Shown: positions 8,506 through 17,869 of the stretch, piece after piece
Numbering within the stretch: position 1 is the first letter of the stretch
Layout of the letters: the number at the start of each line of letters is the position of its first letter
Assembly (NCBI GenBank): GCA_036626435.1
Contig: JAZKRS010000004.1
Location: 2,517 to 66,516, forward strand
DNA from: Haloarculaceae archaeon
GTDB lineage: Archaea > Halobacteriota > Halobacteria > Halobacteriales > Haloarculaceae
Reading direction: 5' to 3'
DNA: 64,000 nucleotides
Made by a program: the position numbers and the translations under genes
Notes under the pieces: model-generated
Told to the model about the DNA's origin: nothing
The model's input: the letters and a program-made list of their open reading frames with translations, nothing else
Databases searched by the model: none

Positions 8506-9171
8506 GTGGACCCCCTCGAGACGGAACTGATACGGGCTCGCGAGCTCTCGGTCGCGGAACTGGCCGACGCGATCGAGTCCATCGGCTTCGAGTGTACCCG
8601 GTGTGGCGCCTGCTGTACGGCGGAGAGCGACGGGTCCGACCACACGGCGACAGCCTTTCCCGACGAGATCCGTCGCCTCCAGGAACAGGCCGGTGAAGCG
8701 GGGGCGTACGACTGGCGCGACGTCGCACGGCCGATGCCGTACGGGTTGACCGACGGCGAGGACGGCCCCGAGGGAGAGACCTTCGAGTGGGCGCTCCAGA
8801 CCGACAGCTGTGGCGACTGCGCCTTCTACGAGGAGTCCGACGGGGTCGGCGCCTGCACCGTCCACGAGGACCGGCCACTGATCTGCCGGACCTACCCTTT
8901 CAGCGTCGCCCTCGGCGGGACGAGCCAGCCGATGGGCGAGGCTGTCGACCGCGACGGTATCGTCCGTGCTCACGAGTGCGAGGGCCTCGGCCGTGACATC
9001 TCACGGGCGGACGCCGAGGCACTGGCGGCCGCACTCAAGGAACGGGCGATCCGGGAACTGGAGGAGGCAATCGCCGTCCTGGGGGCCTACGAGCCCGCCG
9101 ATCCCGGAACTGGCGAGGTGGTCGTCCACGACTCGGAGGGCCCGAAGGCTCCCGACGGGACACGCCGGTAG
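8506..9171 (+). CDS. YkgJ-family (UPF0153) cysteine-cluster protein
   Basis: GTG 8506 is proposed because no in-frame ATG precedes the conserved part. Motifs: FECTRCGACC (CxxCxxCC) and a second cluster CGDCAFY...CTVHEDRPLICRTYPF. Confidence 0.7.
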   Translation: MDPLETELIRARELSVAELADAIESIGFECTRCGACCTAESDGSDHTATAFPDEIRRLQEQAGEAGAYDWRDVARPMPYGLTDGEDGPEGETFEWALQTDSCGDCAFYEESDGVGACTVHEDRPLICRTYPFSVALGGTSQPMGEAVDRDGIVRAHECEGLGRDISRADAEALAAALKERAIRELEEAIAVLGAYEPADPGTGEVVVHDSEGPKAPDGTRR

Positions 9172-9248
9172 CCCGGCCGAACAGCGGGGACGCCGACGGC
9201 AAAAACTTTGAGGATGGCGCCCGTCGTTCCGGCGGAGGCTCACTAACT

Positions 9249-9647
9249 GTGGAAATCTCGAATAAACTCCTGTGTCTGTTCAGTGCTGAAGTAACCGCGG
9301 ACGGGGACCGCTACGTCGTCGAGGTCCCGAAGCGTGAAATCGAGACAGGATCTATCGATCCCTCTCACACCTACCGTGTCGCGCTCATCAGAGCCGACGA
9401 GCCGGAGTCCGGGGGCGAGGAGACGACCGAGACATCGCCGTCGGAGCCCCAACCGCCTGTCGAACCCGGCGAGATCCGGTACGTCGAGATCGAGGACATC
9501 GGCAAGCAGGGCGACGGCATCGCACGGGTCGAACGCGGGTACGTCATCATCGTTCCCGGCGCCGAGATCGGCGAACGCGTCAAGGTCGAGGTCACCGAGG
9601 TCAAGTCGAACTTCGCGGTCGGCGAGATAATCGACGAAAACGTCTGA
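9249..9647 (+). CDS. TRAM domain protein
   Basis: 132 aa. The C-terminal ...EIEDIGKQGDGIARVERGYVIIVPGAEIGERVKVEVTEV is TRAM-like. The stop TGA 9645-9647 is the left flanking triplet of MITE A2. Confidence 0.8.
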   Translation: MEISNKLLCLFSAEVTADGDRYVVEVPKREIETGSIDPSHTYRVALIRADEPESGGEETTETSPSEPQPPVEPGEIRYVEIEDIGKQGDGIARVERGYVIIVPGAEIGERVKVEVTEVKSNFAVGEIIDENV

Positions 9648-9728
9648 TACTGACGGCTATAAGCCCGTGAGCGATTTCGACCCCCCGCGGGGTCGAATCT
9701 GCTCACGAAGTTATAGCCGTCAGTATGA
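9645..9728. mobile_element. MITE family A, copy A2 (core 9648-9725 flanked by TGA/TGA)
   Basis: Core runs tactgacggctataagcccgtgagcgatttcgaccccccgcggggtcgaatctgctcacgaagttatagccgtcagta. Direct TGA at 9645-9647 and 9726-9728. Confidence 0.8.
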
Positions 9729-9883
9729 CCGGCGGCCACCCGTTGTCGGACGTACCACCACGGCCATTCTACCCGGCCATATGCCCGCTTTCAGTCGGCC
9801 GTCGCCGATCGAATCCGGCGCTGTCATGCGGTTAACCGTCTGTACCAAACCTGATAAGGGTGTGAGCGCCGTCCAGACCAGAT

Positions 9884-10129
9884 ATGAGCACAGCCGCATC
9901 AGGTCAGTCGGGATCGGCGTCCCTCAGCGAGAAACAGCAGCGCATCCTCGCGTACCTCCGCGAACACGCTGACGAGCGGACCTACTTCAAGTCGCGGCTC
10001 ATCGGCGAGGAACTCGACATGTCCCCGAAGGAGGTCGGGACGAACATGACCGCCATCCAGGAGGGGAACTTCGACGTCGACGTCGAGAAGTGGGGCTACT
10101 CCTCCAGTACGACCTGGATGGTCACCTAG
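9884..10129 (+). CDS. small winged-helix-like protein
   Basis: 81 aa. ...LSEKQQRILAYLREHADERTYFKSRLIGEELDMSPKEVGTNM... Confidence 0.6.
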   Translation: MSTAASGQSGSASLSEKQQRILAYLREHADERTYFKSRLIGEELDMSPKEVGTNMTAIQEGNFDVDVEKWGYSSSTTWMVT

Positions 10130-11163
10130 CGCTGTGTCGTACCACGGCCATCTGCAGCCGGTTCGCTTTCGATGATAGCCTGCTGCTGGTCGCCGACTTT
10201 GACGAAGTGACACAGCGGATTGCCGGGATACACGACCGGATTCTCCAGGACACCGACGACGATGCCCGTAAACGGTGCCTCGACAGTCGTGGCTTCTGCC
10301 TTGAACGGGTTCGTGATCGTACAGATTGTCTGCCCCTCGTGAACCAGATCCGTTCTGCTGTAGTGCATCTCGACGATGCCGCCGGCATCGGCACGGAGCC
10401 ACGTTTTCTCGTCCCAGCCCTCGATGACGGTCCGCCATCCCGGCCACCGGACCGTCTCCTGGGTGTAGATGTTGTACTCGGCGAAGACGCTACGGACACC
10501 AACAAGTGCCTTATCGATCAACGCCCGTTCGAAACGGTGGGCCTCTCCCATCTCGATGGTGATCGTCGGGACGCCGTCCTCGGTGGCTTCGCGTCGCAGC
10601 ATGCCCGAGGATCCCTCGCCTGACATGATGAGGTTCGAACCGAACGCGCGGGCGAGCCGTGCCACGTCGTCGTCCTCCATGTCGGCGCGGACGTGGAACA
10701 TGTTTGTTCTGCCCCGGGTAGACGTATGGAAGTCCAACCCGAAATCGCAGGGTTCGAGGAAGTTCGTGTAGATGCGGTGGGCGATCCGGTTCGAACTGGT
10801 CGAGCCCTGCTTGCCCGGGAACGCCCGGTTGAGGTCGCGCTCGTAGATCGGCAGGTACCGCTCCTGTGCGATGAATCCGGGAACGTTCAACACGGGCAGA
10901 CACACGAGTGTGCCGCAGATGTCAGTGTGATCCCACTCCTGGGCAACCTCCCGGACGACCTCGATGCCGTTGAGTTCGTCTCCGTGGATTGCTGCCGTGA
11001 GAAACACCGTCGGCCCCGGCCGAGGGCCGTTGATAATTGTCACCGGGATGTGAACTGGATCGCCGAGATAGGTCTCGCTGACGGGGTACCGAAACTCCGC
11101 GGTCTCTCCGGGGTGTACCTGGCCGCCGTCGTATGTGAACGCGTCTGTGCCGCTATCGCTCAT
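10126..11163 (-). CDS. succinylglutamate desuccinylase/aspartoacylase (AstE/AspA, M14-like) family amidohydrolase
   Basis: 345 aa. The zinc-ligand motif AAIHGDELNG (HxxE) and the overall family pattern are present. Confidence 0.85.
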   Translation of the reverse strand: MSDSGTDAFTYDGGQVHPGETAEFRYPVSETYLGDPVHIPVTIINGPRPGPTVFLTAAIHGDELNGIEVVREVAQEWDHTDICGTLVCLPVLNVPGFIAQERYLPIYERDLNRAFPGKQGSTSSNRIAHRIYTNFLEPCDFGLDFHTSTRGRTNMFHVRADMEDDDVARLARAFGSNLIMSGEGSSGMLRREATEDGVPTITIEMGEAHRFERALIDKALVGVRSVFAEYNIYTQETVRWPGWRTVIEGWDEKTWLRADAGGIVEMHYSRTDLVHEGQTICTITNPFKAEATTVEAPFTGIVVGVLENPVVYPGNPLCHFVKVGDQQQAIIESEPAADGRGTTQR

Positions 11164-11246
11164 GGTGTTCTGTCACCGTCGCTCACGCCACATCAAACCA
11201 ACAGGGAATATGTACGCCCGGTACTGTTCCGCACAACTGCTTTTGT

Positions 11247-12653
11247 GTGATAGCCGCAATTTTTACCAGCTTCATGGCTCGCTCGCCGGCTCCATCGGGA
11301 CCAAAAAGAGGGATGTCCTCGACGCGCAGAGGTGCTGCGGACACAACAGAATCGATCGAAGGGCAGTGTCGTGTCGGGGTGTTGAGTACCCACAACAGCA
11401 AAGAGACGAAAGCGATCCTGAATGCCGTCCGGGAACTCGGACACGAACCCGTCTGGATTCGCGACGAAAACGTCACGTCGTGGATCGAGGGCGGAACGGT
11501 CAAGCTCGACCCGGCGGTGGACGTGGTTATAAACCGGCTGTTACTCACGAAAAGCGACCACCTCTTCGAGGATTTACAACTCGCCTCCCTCTACGGGGAG
11601 ACCGCACCGGTCGTGAACCCACCCGAGGCAGTCCAGCGGACACTCCACAAGTACCGCGCCAGCGCACTTCTGTCTGCAGCGGGGCTACCCGTTCCAGACG
11701 CCTTCTTCGGGCGGACTCCCCGGACCGTCGAGGAGTGGGACGACTTTCTCGCGGACTCGGCGGTTCAAAAACAGACTGTCGGAACGAACGGACGACGGAT
11801 GGCCATCGTTTCGCCGGAGGGATCAGTTTCCCCGACAATCGGAAACGAGGAGACGTACATCCAGGAGTTCCTGGACAGCGGCGGGGAGCGACCGACCGAC
11901 GTCCGGGCCTACGTGGTCGACGATGCGGTCGTCGGTGCCATGCGCCGACACGCACCGGAGGGTGAATGGCGAACGAACGTCGCGCTGGGTGGCGAGGTAG
12001 CGGATATCACTGACGACCTGGGTGCTCGTCCGCGCCGGCTGGCGACCGAAGCTGCCGCCGTGCTCGGTCTCGACGCTGCTGGTGTCGATCTCATGTCCGT
12101 CGACGGGGACTGGTACATTCTGGAGGTGAACGCGACTGCGGGGTTCAAGGGGCTGTTCACCGCGACAGGGCGATCAGTTGCCCCCTACATTGTTCAGGCC
12201 GCGGTAGACCGGGCCGGGGGTGCCCTGGCGGAGTCTCGCGTCAGGGAGATTTCAGACAGACTCGACGATTCGGTACCCGACTGCAAACCGCCACTCGACG
12301 AGAGTAGCGGGGATACGCTCGGGTACACCACCCGTGTCAAACTCAGCGGGACCGACGGCGTCGAGTCGACCGTCGCGAAATCCGACACTGGTGCCGAACG
12401 AACGAGCATCGATACGAAGCTGGCAGGACGGATCGGTGCAGGCCCGCTCGTAGATACGACCGAAGTGCGCTCCGCTGCGGGGGATGGCACCGAGACGCGC
12501 CCGCTCGTCGATGTCGAACTGTATCTCAACGGCGGGTGGCGGACCGTCACCGCGAGCGTAACCGACCGGGACAAGATGTCCTATCCGGTGCTACTCGGCC
12601 GTGACGTCTTGGTCGACTACACGCTCGAGGTCAGCCGAACAGTCGAGGAGTAA
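11247..12653 (+). CDS. RimK-like ATP-grasp ligase fused to a C-terminal retropepsin-like (putative zinc protease, RimB-like) domain
   Basis: 468-aa ORF with an uncertain start (several in-frame Met). ATP-grasp blocks: ...YIQEFL...DVRAYVVDD...WRTNVALGG...LEVNATAGF. C-terminal ...KSDTGAERTSID...VLLGRDVLVDY. Confidence 0.8.
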   Translation: MIAAIFTSFMARSPAPSGPKRGMSSTRRGAADTTESIEGQCRVGVLSTHNSKETKAILNAVRELGHEPVWIRDENVTSWIEGGTVKLDPAVDVVINRLLLTKSDHLFEDLQLASLYGETAPVVNPPEAVQRTLHKYRASALLSAAGLPVPDAFFGRTPRTVEEWDDFLADSAVQKQTVGTNGRRMAIVSPEGSVSPTIGNEETYIQEFLDSGGERPTDVRAYVVDDAVVGAMRRHAPEGEWRTNVALGGEVADITDDLGARPRRLATEAAAVLGLDAAGVDLMSVDGDWYILEVNATAGFKGLFTATGRSVAPYIVQAAVDRAGGALAESRVREISDRLDDSVPDCKPPLDESSGDTLGYTTRVKLSGTDGVESTVAKSDTGAERTSIDTKLAGRIGAGPLVDTTEVRSAAGDGTETRPLVDVELYLNGGWRTVTASVTDRDKMSYPVLLGRDVLVDYTLEVSRTVEE

Positions 12654-12712
12654 GGGGCGAATCCGACGTCAAAGACAGATATTCACGGTTAGAGCGGGAG
12701 TCCACTGACAAG

Positions 12713-12733
12713 CCTCGGGGCTTGACCCCGAGG
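12713..12733 (+). repeat. solo hairpin related to the IS200/IS605 element ends
   Basis: cctcggggcttgaccccgagg is the reverse-complement form of the 21-nt hairpin ccccggggtcaagccccgggg found at both ends of the tnpB element. It carries a paired C>T / G>A change that keeps the stem. The flank ggttgttgaccggcag resembles the left-end flank ggttgaagccgacag. Confidence 0.6.
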
Positions 12734-12764
12734 TTGTTGACCGGCAGTGCACTCGACGGGTCCG

Positions 12765-13385
12765 TCAGCCAGTGTAGGCGACGAATTCGTCGGCGTGTGC
12801 GGCCAACTGGACTGCGTCCTCCCCGAAGGAGTCGGCGTACCTGACGAGCAAGACCAGGAGTGTCTCGGGCGTCTCGACGGCGTAGCCGTCTTCCCGGCTC
12901 AACAGTCCGGTGTCGTCGAGTTGCTTGGCGGACGTACTCACTGTCGGCCGGGAGACGCCGAGGCGATTCGCGATTTCGCCCGCAGTCGCCGACGGATCCT
13001 CCAGCAGCGCGATCACTATCCCGCGCGGTGTCTCGCGCCGGAGGTAGCCGAGCGCGATCTGTTCGAACTCGTCGAACCGCCCCGCGGGGAAGTATCGCCG
13101 GTAGTCGCCGTCCTTGCGGCTCTCGACCGCCCCCTCGCTCTCCAGACGACGGAGGTGGTGCTGTGTTTCGCCGGTCCCCAGCTGCAGGTCGTCGCGGATC
13201 TTCGAGAAGTGTGCGCCCGGCGTGGCGGCGAGGTAGCCGGTGATGGCGCCGGGTGCGTCGCTGTCGCTCTCGCTGGTCCCGGCACTCGCGAGGCCAACGA
13301 ACGGGCTAGCCGCGCCCAGCGCCGCGAATCGGCGCAGGGTCGCACGCTTTGACTCGTCCACTTCCCCCTCCCGTTTCCGGGGCAT
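12765..13385 (-). CDS. winged helix-turn-helix regulator-like protein with Tat-signal-like N-terminus
   Basis: ATG 13385 (MPRKREGEVDESKRATLRRFAALGAASPFVGLASAG...). Two wHTH-like modules (...FSKIRDDLQLGTGETQHHLRRLESEG..., ...AGEIANRLGVSRPTVSTSAKQLDDTG...). Confidence 0.65.
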   Translation of the reverse strand: MPRKREGEVDESKRATLRRFAALGAASPFVGLASAGTSESDSDAPGAITGYLAATPGAHFSKIRDDLQLGTGETQHHLRRLESEGAVESRKDGDYRRYFPAGRFDEFEQIALGYLRRETPRGIVIALLEDPSATAGEIANRLGVSRPTVSTSAKQLDDTGLLSREDGYAVETPETLLVLLVRYADSFGEDAVQLAAHADEFVAYTG

Positions 13386-13437
13386 CACGTACTGGTTGGT
13401 GAGACGAGCGGAAAAACCTTCCCTTGCCAGCAGGGGG

Positions 13438-14613
13438 CTACTCGGCCCCGCCCTCGGAGTCTTCGCTGGCGTTCGGGTTGAAGTTGGCCCCGCCGCCGCC
13501 GATCTCCTCGTCCATCTCGTCGATGACCTCGTCGGGGTCCTTGATGTCCGCCGTCGCCTCGCCGGTCTTGACGGCCTCGGCTTCCTGTTCCATCTGTTCG
13601 ACGTCGATGACGTTGTCCTCGTCGTCGAGTTGCCCGAGGATCTCCTCGATGTCGTCGAGGCCGAGCATCTCTCGCGTCTCATCGTCGAAGTCGAGGCCCT
13701 CGAGGACGTGGCCGTTCTCCTTGACGTCGCTGCCCTGGAGATGCTTGCCGTAGCGGCCGACCAGCGAGGTCAGCTCCTGTGGGAGGACGAACTTCGTCGA
13801 CTCGCCCTGACCGATGGAGTCCAGCGTCTCCATCCCCTTCTCGATGATTGCGCGTTCGCCCATCGACTCGGCTGATTTCGCGCGAAGCACCGTGGAGATG
13901 GCGTCACCCTGTGCTTCGAGGATCTGGCTTTGCTTCTGTCCCTGTGCGCGGATGATGTCGGACTGCTTGTCACCCTGCGCTTCCTCGATGGCGCTGCGGC
14001 GTTCGCCCTGTGCTTCGAGGATCATCGCACGGCGGCGACGCTCCGCGGAGGTCTGTTGCTCCATGGCCTGCTGGACGTCCTTGGAGGGGTTGACCTCGCG
14101 GACCTCGACTGACTCGACCCGGATGCCCCACTCGTCGGTGGGCTCGTCGAGTTCGGTTCGGATCTTGGCGTTGATCTGCTGGCGCTTGTTCAGCGTGTCG
14201 TCCAGTTCCATGTCGCCCAGCACCGCACGGAGGGTCGTCTGTGCCAGATTCGAGACGGCGCGCTTGTAGTCGTCGACCTGGAGAAAGGCCTTCTCGGCGT
14301 CCATCACCTTGATGTAGACGACTGCGTCGGCGGTCACCGGGGAGTTGTCCCGCGTGATCGCCTCCTGGCGAGGCACGTCCAGGGTCTGTGTCCGCATGTC
14401 GAAGCGGTAGGTCTTCGTCACGAACGGCAGGACGAAGTTGGGGCCGGGCTCGAGGAGACCCTGGTACTTCCCGAAGCGGGTGTAGGCCTCCTTGTCGTAG
14501 GCATCGACGATCACGATGCTCTTGTAGGCCGTTACGATTACGATGAGCAGGAGTATCCCTGCGACGATCGGGAATACCCCCGGTGCCGACTGCAACACGA
14601 CTGCGGGGAGCAT
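13438..14613 (-). CDS. SPFH/band 7 (stomatin/prohibitin-like) protein
   Basis: 391 aa. N-terminal TM, SPFH core (...DVPRQEAITRDNSPVTADAVVYIKV...), coiled coil, and an acidic tail. Confidence 0.9.
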   Translation of the reverse strand: MLPAVVLQSAPGVFPIVAGILLLIVIVTAYKSIVIVDAYDKEAYTRFGKYQGLLEPGPNFVLPFVTKTYRFDMRTQTLDVPRQEAITRDNSPVTADAVVYIKVMDAEKAFLQVDDYKRAVSNLAQTTLRAVLGDMELDDTLNKRQQINAKIRTELDEPTDEWGIRVESVEVREVNPSKDVQQAMEQQTSAERRRRAMILEAQGERRSAIEEAQGDKQSDIIRAQGQKQSQILEAQGDAISTVLRAKSAESMGERAIIEKGMETLDSIGQGESTKFVLPQELTSLVGRYGKHLQGSDVKENGHVLEGLDFDDETREMLGLDDIEEILGQLDDEDNVIDVEQMEQEAEAVKTGEATADIKDPDEVIDEMDEEIGGGGANFNPNASEDSEGGAE

Positions 14614-14661
14614 GACACTTACCCTTTGTGTCGGCTACTCAAAAGGGTTTGTCCGAGCGGA

Positions 14662-15270
14662 TCAGCCACTCGACTCGGGTTCGGCCTCGGTGCTGGACTC
14701 GGCCCCGGTACTGTCCGAATTCGGCGTGGTCGCATCGGCCGTATCCCGCCCGCGCGAGCGCTCGAGTTCGCGGTCGATGTCGTCTTTCGCGTCGGCAAAG
14801 GACTCCACCTTGAGGACGTTCCCGCCGCCGGGATCGATGACAATGACCTCCTCGTCTTCCGGAATCTCGCTGTCGACGCTCCGGGCCTGGTAGTAGGGGT
14901 TGAAGCCGCCGTCCTCGAGTTTGACCTCGCCGTTGCGGGGCGTGACGCGTTCGGTGACGCGACCGATCTGTCCGCGCAGGGACTCGGAGTCACTCGTCCT
15001 GTCCTTCCCGGAGCCGGCGTAGATGTCGAACTCCCAGTAGGCCCACAGCGTCCCGGCTGCCGCGATGGCCACCACAACGGCCATGATGAGAAGGTTGAGC
15101 GGGCCGAGTGCGGGCGGCAAGACGACCCCGACGAGGCCGGCTGCAAAGAGGGCAACGCCGACGACGAAAAAGTGCGCGCCGGGGGCAAACGCCTCTGCGA
15201 TGATGAGCCCGGCCCCGATCAGGGTGAGTACGAGCGGGAGGTTTGCGAGGACGAACTCGACCGTAGCCAT
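14662..15270 (-). CDS. NfeD family membrane protein
   Basis: 202 aa. N-terminal TM helices and a C-terminal OB-like ...GQIGRVTERVTPRNGEVKLEDGG... It lies directly upstream of the SPFH gene, the classic NfeD-SPFH pair. Confidence 0.85.
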   Translation of the reverse strand: MATVEFVLANLPLVLTLIGAGLIIAEAFAPGAHFFVVGVALFAAGLVGVVLPPALGPLNLLIMAVVVAIAAAGTLWAYWEFDIYAGSGKDRTSDSESLRGQIGRVTERVTPRNGEVKLEDGGFNPYYQARSVDSEIPEDEEVIVIDPGGGNVLKVESFADAKDDIDRELERSRGRDTADATTPNSDSTGAESSTEAEPESSG

Positions 15271-15339
15271 GGACCCATATTAGGTTGCCTGGGGGATAAC
15301 GCTTCGGGAGCCCGCCTGACGGCTCCACGGTCGCCCGTC

Positions 15340-16404
15340 TCAGGTCTCGCGATCGATGACGAACTTCGTGAACTCGCGGAGGTTGCGCTCGGCCGTCGGC
15401 TCCAGGTCGAGGTCGTCGAGGTGCCCCCGGGCCCGAGTCGCAAGGTCGCGGGCTGTCTCGTGTGCGTACTCGACGCTGCCCGTCTCCTGCATGATGTCGA
15501 TCGCTTCCAGTATCTCCTCGTTGTCGTTATCGTCGATCCAGAGGAGCTCTTCGAGGCGAGCGACCTTCTCGGGCGGGGCCTCGGCCGCGGCGTGGATCGT
15601 CATCAGCGTCTTCTTGCCCTCGCGGATGTCGTTCCCAAAGGCCTTGCCGAAGTCGCCGGCCTGGTCGAGCGTGTGCTTTATGTCGAGGATGTCGTCGCCG
15701 ATCTGGAAGGCGATGGCCATGTCCTCGGCGTAGCCCGCGACCGCGTCCTCGACGTCCTCGGACTGGCCGGTGACGATCGCCGCCAGCCGGGCGACGATCC
15801 GCGTAAGACAGCCCGTCTTGCACGCACACATCTCGAGGTACTGATCCTCGTCGACCGTGATCTCCTTCTGGTTGTGCCACCAGATGTCCATCCCCTGTCC
15901 GAGGTGTGTGCGGTTGAGTTCGTGCGTCAGCATTTCGTAGGCCGCCAGCCGCCGCTCGGGTTCGAGGCCGAGGCTGTTGCGGTCGATGACCTTCAGGGGG
16001 ATGAAGTACATCGCGTTGCCGGCGTTCAGGGCGATGTCGATCCCGTACTGGTGGTGGAGCGCCGGGTCGCCACGGCGCTTGCTGGCCTCGTCCTCGACGT
16101 CGTCGACGATGATGGTCCCGTTGTGGAGGATCTCCGGGACACACGCGTAGTGGAGGTACTCCTCGGAGTCCTCGCCGAAGGCGTCGACCATGATGAGAAA
16201 GAGGATGGCGCGCCAGCGCTTTCCGCCGCGGTCGAGCAGATTCCAGATTGGATCGGCGAGCGCCCGCTGGATCCCATCGGGGTGGTAGCGGTAGCTCGCC
16301 CCGCCGAAGAAGTCCGCGAGGTAGGCGTCGTCAATCTCTCGCGGCAGCAGGTCGTGGATGGCCTCGTCGACGACCGGCCGCCACTGCGCGAGTACGTCCT
16401 GCAT
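15340..16404 (-). CDS. polyprenyl diphosphate synthase (GGPP/short-chain type)
   Basis: ATG 16404 (MQDVLAQWRPVVDEAI...). Two Asp-rich motifs: IVDDVEDE and IGDDILDI. Confidence 0.9.
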   Translation of the reverse strand: MQDVLAQWRPVVDEAIHDLLPREIDDAYLADFFGGASYRYHPDGIQRALADPIWNLLDRGGKRWRAILFLIMVDAFGEDSEEYLHYACVPEILHNGTIIVDDVEDEASKRRGDPALHHQYGIDIALNAGNAMYFIPLKVIDRNSLGLEPERRLAAYEMLTHELNRTHLGQGMDIWWHNQKEITVDEDQYLEMCACKTGCLTRIVARLAAIVTGQSEDVEDAVAGYAEDMAIAFQIGDDILDIKHTLDQAGDFGKAFGNDIREGKKTLMTIHAAAEAPPEKVARLEELLWIDDNDNEEILEAIDIMQETGSVEYAHETARDLATRARGHLDDLDLEPTAERNLREFTKFVIDRET

Positions 16405-16538
16405 ACCCGAATTCTCGACGCGACGCAGTAAAAAACCATTCACTACCGGCCGTCTCGACCCGCGCTCTGAAGCCGCCGGGGCCACTGGCTGACCGCACGG
16501 CGGGGGGATCGGCGCGGGGACGGTGCATTTTTGCCCGC

Positions 16539-17327
16539 ATGGCGTCACCCTGGGGTATGAGCGAGGAAGGGGCGACGCTCGTCGGCGTCGTCGGCGACGA
16601 TAGTGACGCCGCGAGGGCCCTGTCTGCGGGCGGCGTTCGGGTCGTCACCGGTGACGTCGACGCGGTCGTTGACGCGGAGCCGTTGGTTATCGCCGCCGTC
16701 GGGGAGCGAGCGCTGACAGCTCTCGCCCGCCGGAACCCCACCGTCCCGGTGCTCCCGGTCGATGCCGGGCGCGGGGTCCGATCGGCCCCGCCGTCAGCGC
16801 TCCCGGACGCGGCCGAACGGATCCTTGCCGGCGACTGGCAAATTGACCAGCATCCCCTCGTGGCCGTCGAGGCCCCGGACGGCACCCGGACGATCGGCGC
16901 CCTCGACGCGATGCTCGTCACCGCAGAGCCCGCCGAAATCTCCGAGTACACGGTCAGGTCCGGCGGGGAGCGCGTGGCTCGGTTCCGCGCGGATGGCGTG
17001 GTGGTCGCGACGCCCGCGGGGACAGCGGGCTACGCCCGGGCGGCCGGTGGGCCGGTTGCAGCCCCGGGGATGGACGTGTTCGTCGTCGTTCCGGTCTCGC
17101 CGTTCGCGACGACGCTCGACCACTGGGTCGTTCCTCTCGGGGACCTCACGGTGACAGTCGAGCGCGACGAGGCGCCAGTCGAGGCGCTGGTCGACGATCG
17201 GTCGATCGGCACCGTCCAGTCCGGCGATCCGATCCGTCTCGACCCGGCGGGGCGTCTCGAAGTTGTGCGTCTCCCGGAGAGCGTCTCACCGTTCGGCCGG
17301 GGCAACGCGAAATTGGAAAAACTCTAA
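16539..17327 (+). CDS. NAD(+) kinase-like protein
   Basis: Start 16539 or 16557 (MSEEGATLVGVVGDD...). Motifs ...VVVATPAGTAGYARAAGGP... and ...VVVPVSPF... resemble ATP-NAD kinases. The N-terminal extension of the track ORF is an artefact. Confidence 0.75.
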   Translation: MASPWGMSEEGATLVGVVGDDSDAARALSAGGVRVVTGDVDAVVDAEPLVIAAVGERALTALARRNPTVPVLPVDAGRGVRSAPPSALPDAAERILAGDWQIDQHPLVAVEAPDGTRTIGALDAMLVTAEPAEISEYTVRSGGERVARFRADGVVVATPAGTAGYARAAGGPVAAPGMDVFVVVPVSPFATTLDHWVVPLGDLTVTVERDEAPVEALVDDRSIGTVQSGDPIRLDPAGRLEVVRLPESVSPFGRGNAKLEKL

Positions 17328-17345
17328 TGTGCCTAGGTTGGACAT

Positions 17346-17810
17346 GTGGACATGGCAGACGCCAGTATCTTCGGCCCAATCGACAGCGTCTTGGCGGCAG
17401 AACTCGGTGTCGGCGACCTGGTCGTCATCGAGGCCGTCATCCTCGTTCTCGTCCTGGCGAACTTCGTCACGCGGAAGATCGCACACGACCGCCACAAGCG
17501 CCAGGCCGAAGACGGCGCAGAGGCAGTCAGCCGGTTCCTGCCCCACGAGACGACGAACGTGATACTCGTCCTCGCGGCGTTTTATTACATGACGGTCGAT
17601 CTCCACCCCGGGACCGTCCTGTCCGTCCTCGTGCTCGGACTGTTCCTGACGGACTTCTTCGAGTTCGCGAGCCGCAAGGTCGAGGCGCGCCGGGAGATTC
17701 CGCTGGAGCGCCCGAAGGGTGCCATCGTCGCCGGTCTGCTCGTCCTCTCGTATGCGGGCTACAAGGCGCTGTTTTTCATCATCGAGGGGCCGTTCAACGC
17801 GATCGTCTGA
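17346..17810 (+). CDS. integral membrane protein (4 predicted TM)
   Basis: 154 aa with alternating hydrophobic helices. No recognised catalytic motif. Confidence 0.6.
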   Translation: MDMADASIFGPIDSVLAAELGVGDLVVIEAVILVLVLANFVTRKIAHDRHKRQAEDGAEAVSRFLPHETTNVILVLAAFYYMTVDLHPGTVLSVLVLGLFLTDFFEFASRKVEARREIPLERPKGAIVAGLLVLSYAGYKALFFIIEGPFNAIV

Positions 17811-17869
17811 CCGGTCGTCCGCCGGCTACGCCACGCTTTTAGCCCCTGTCGCTCGTAGGACCGACCAAC

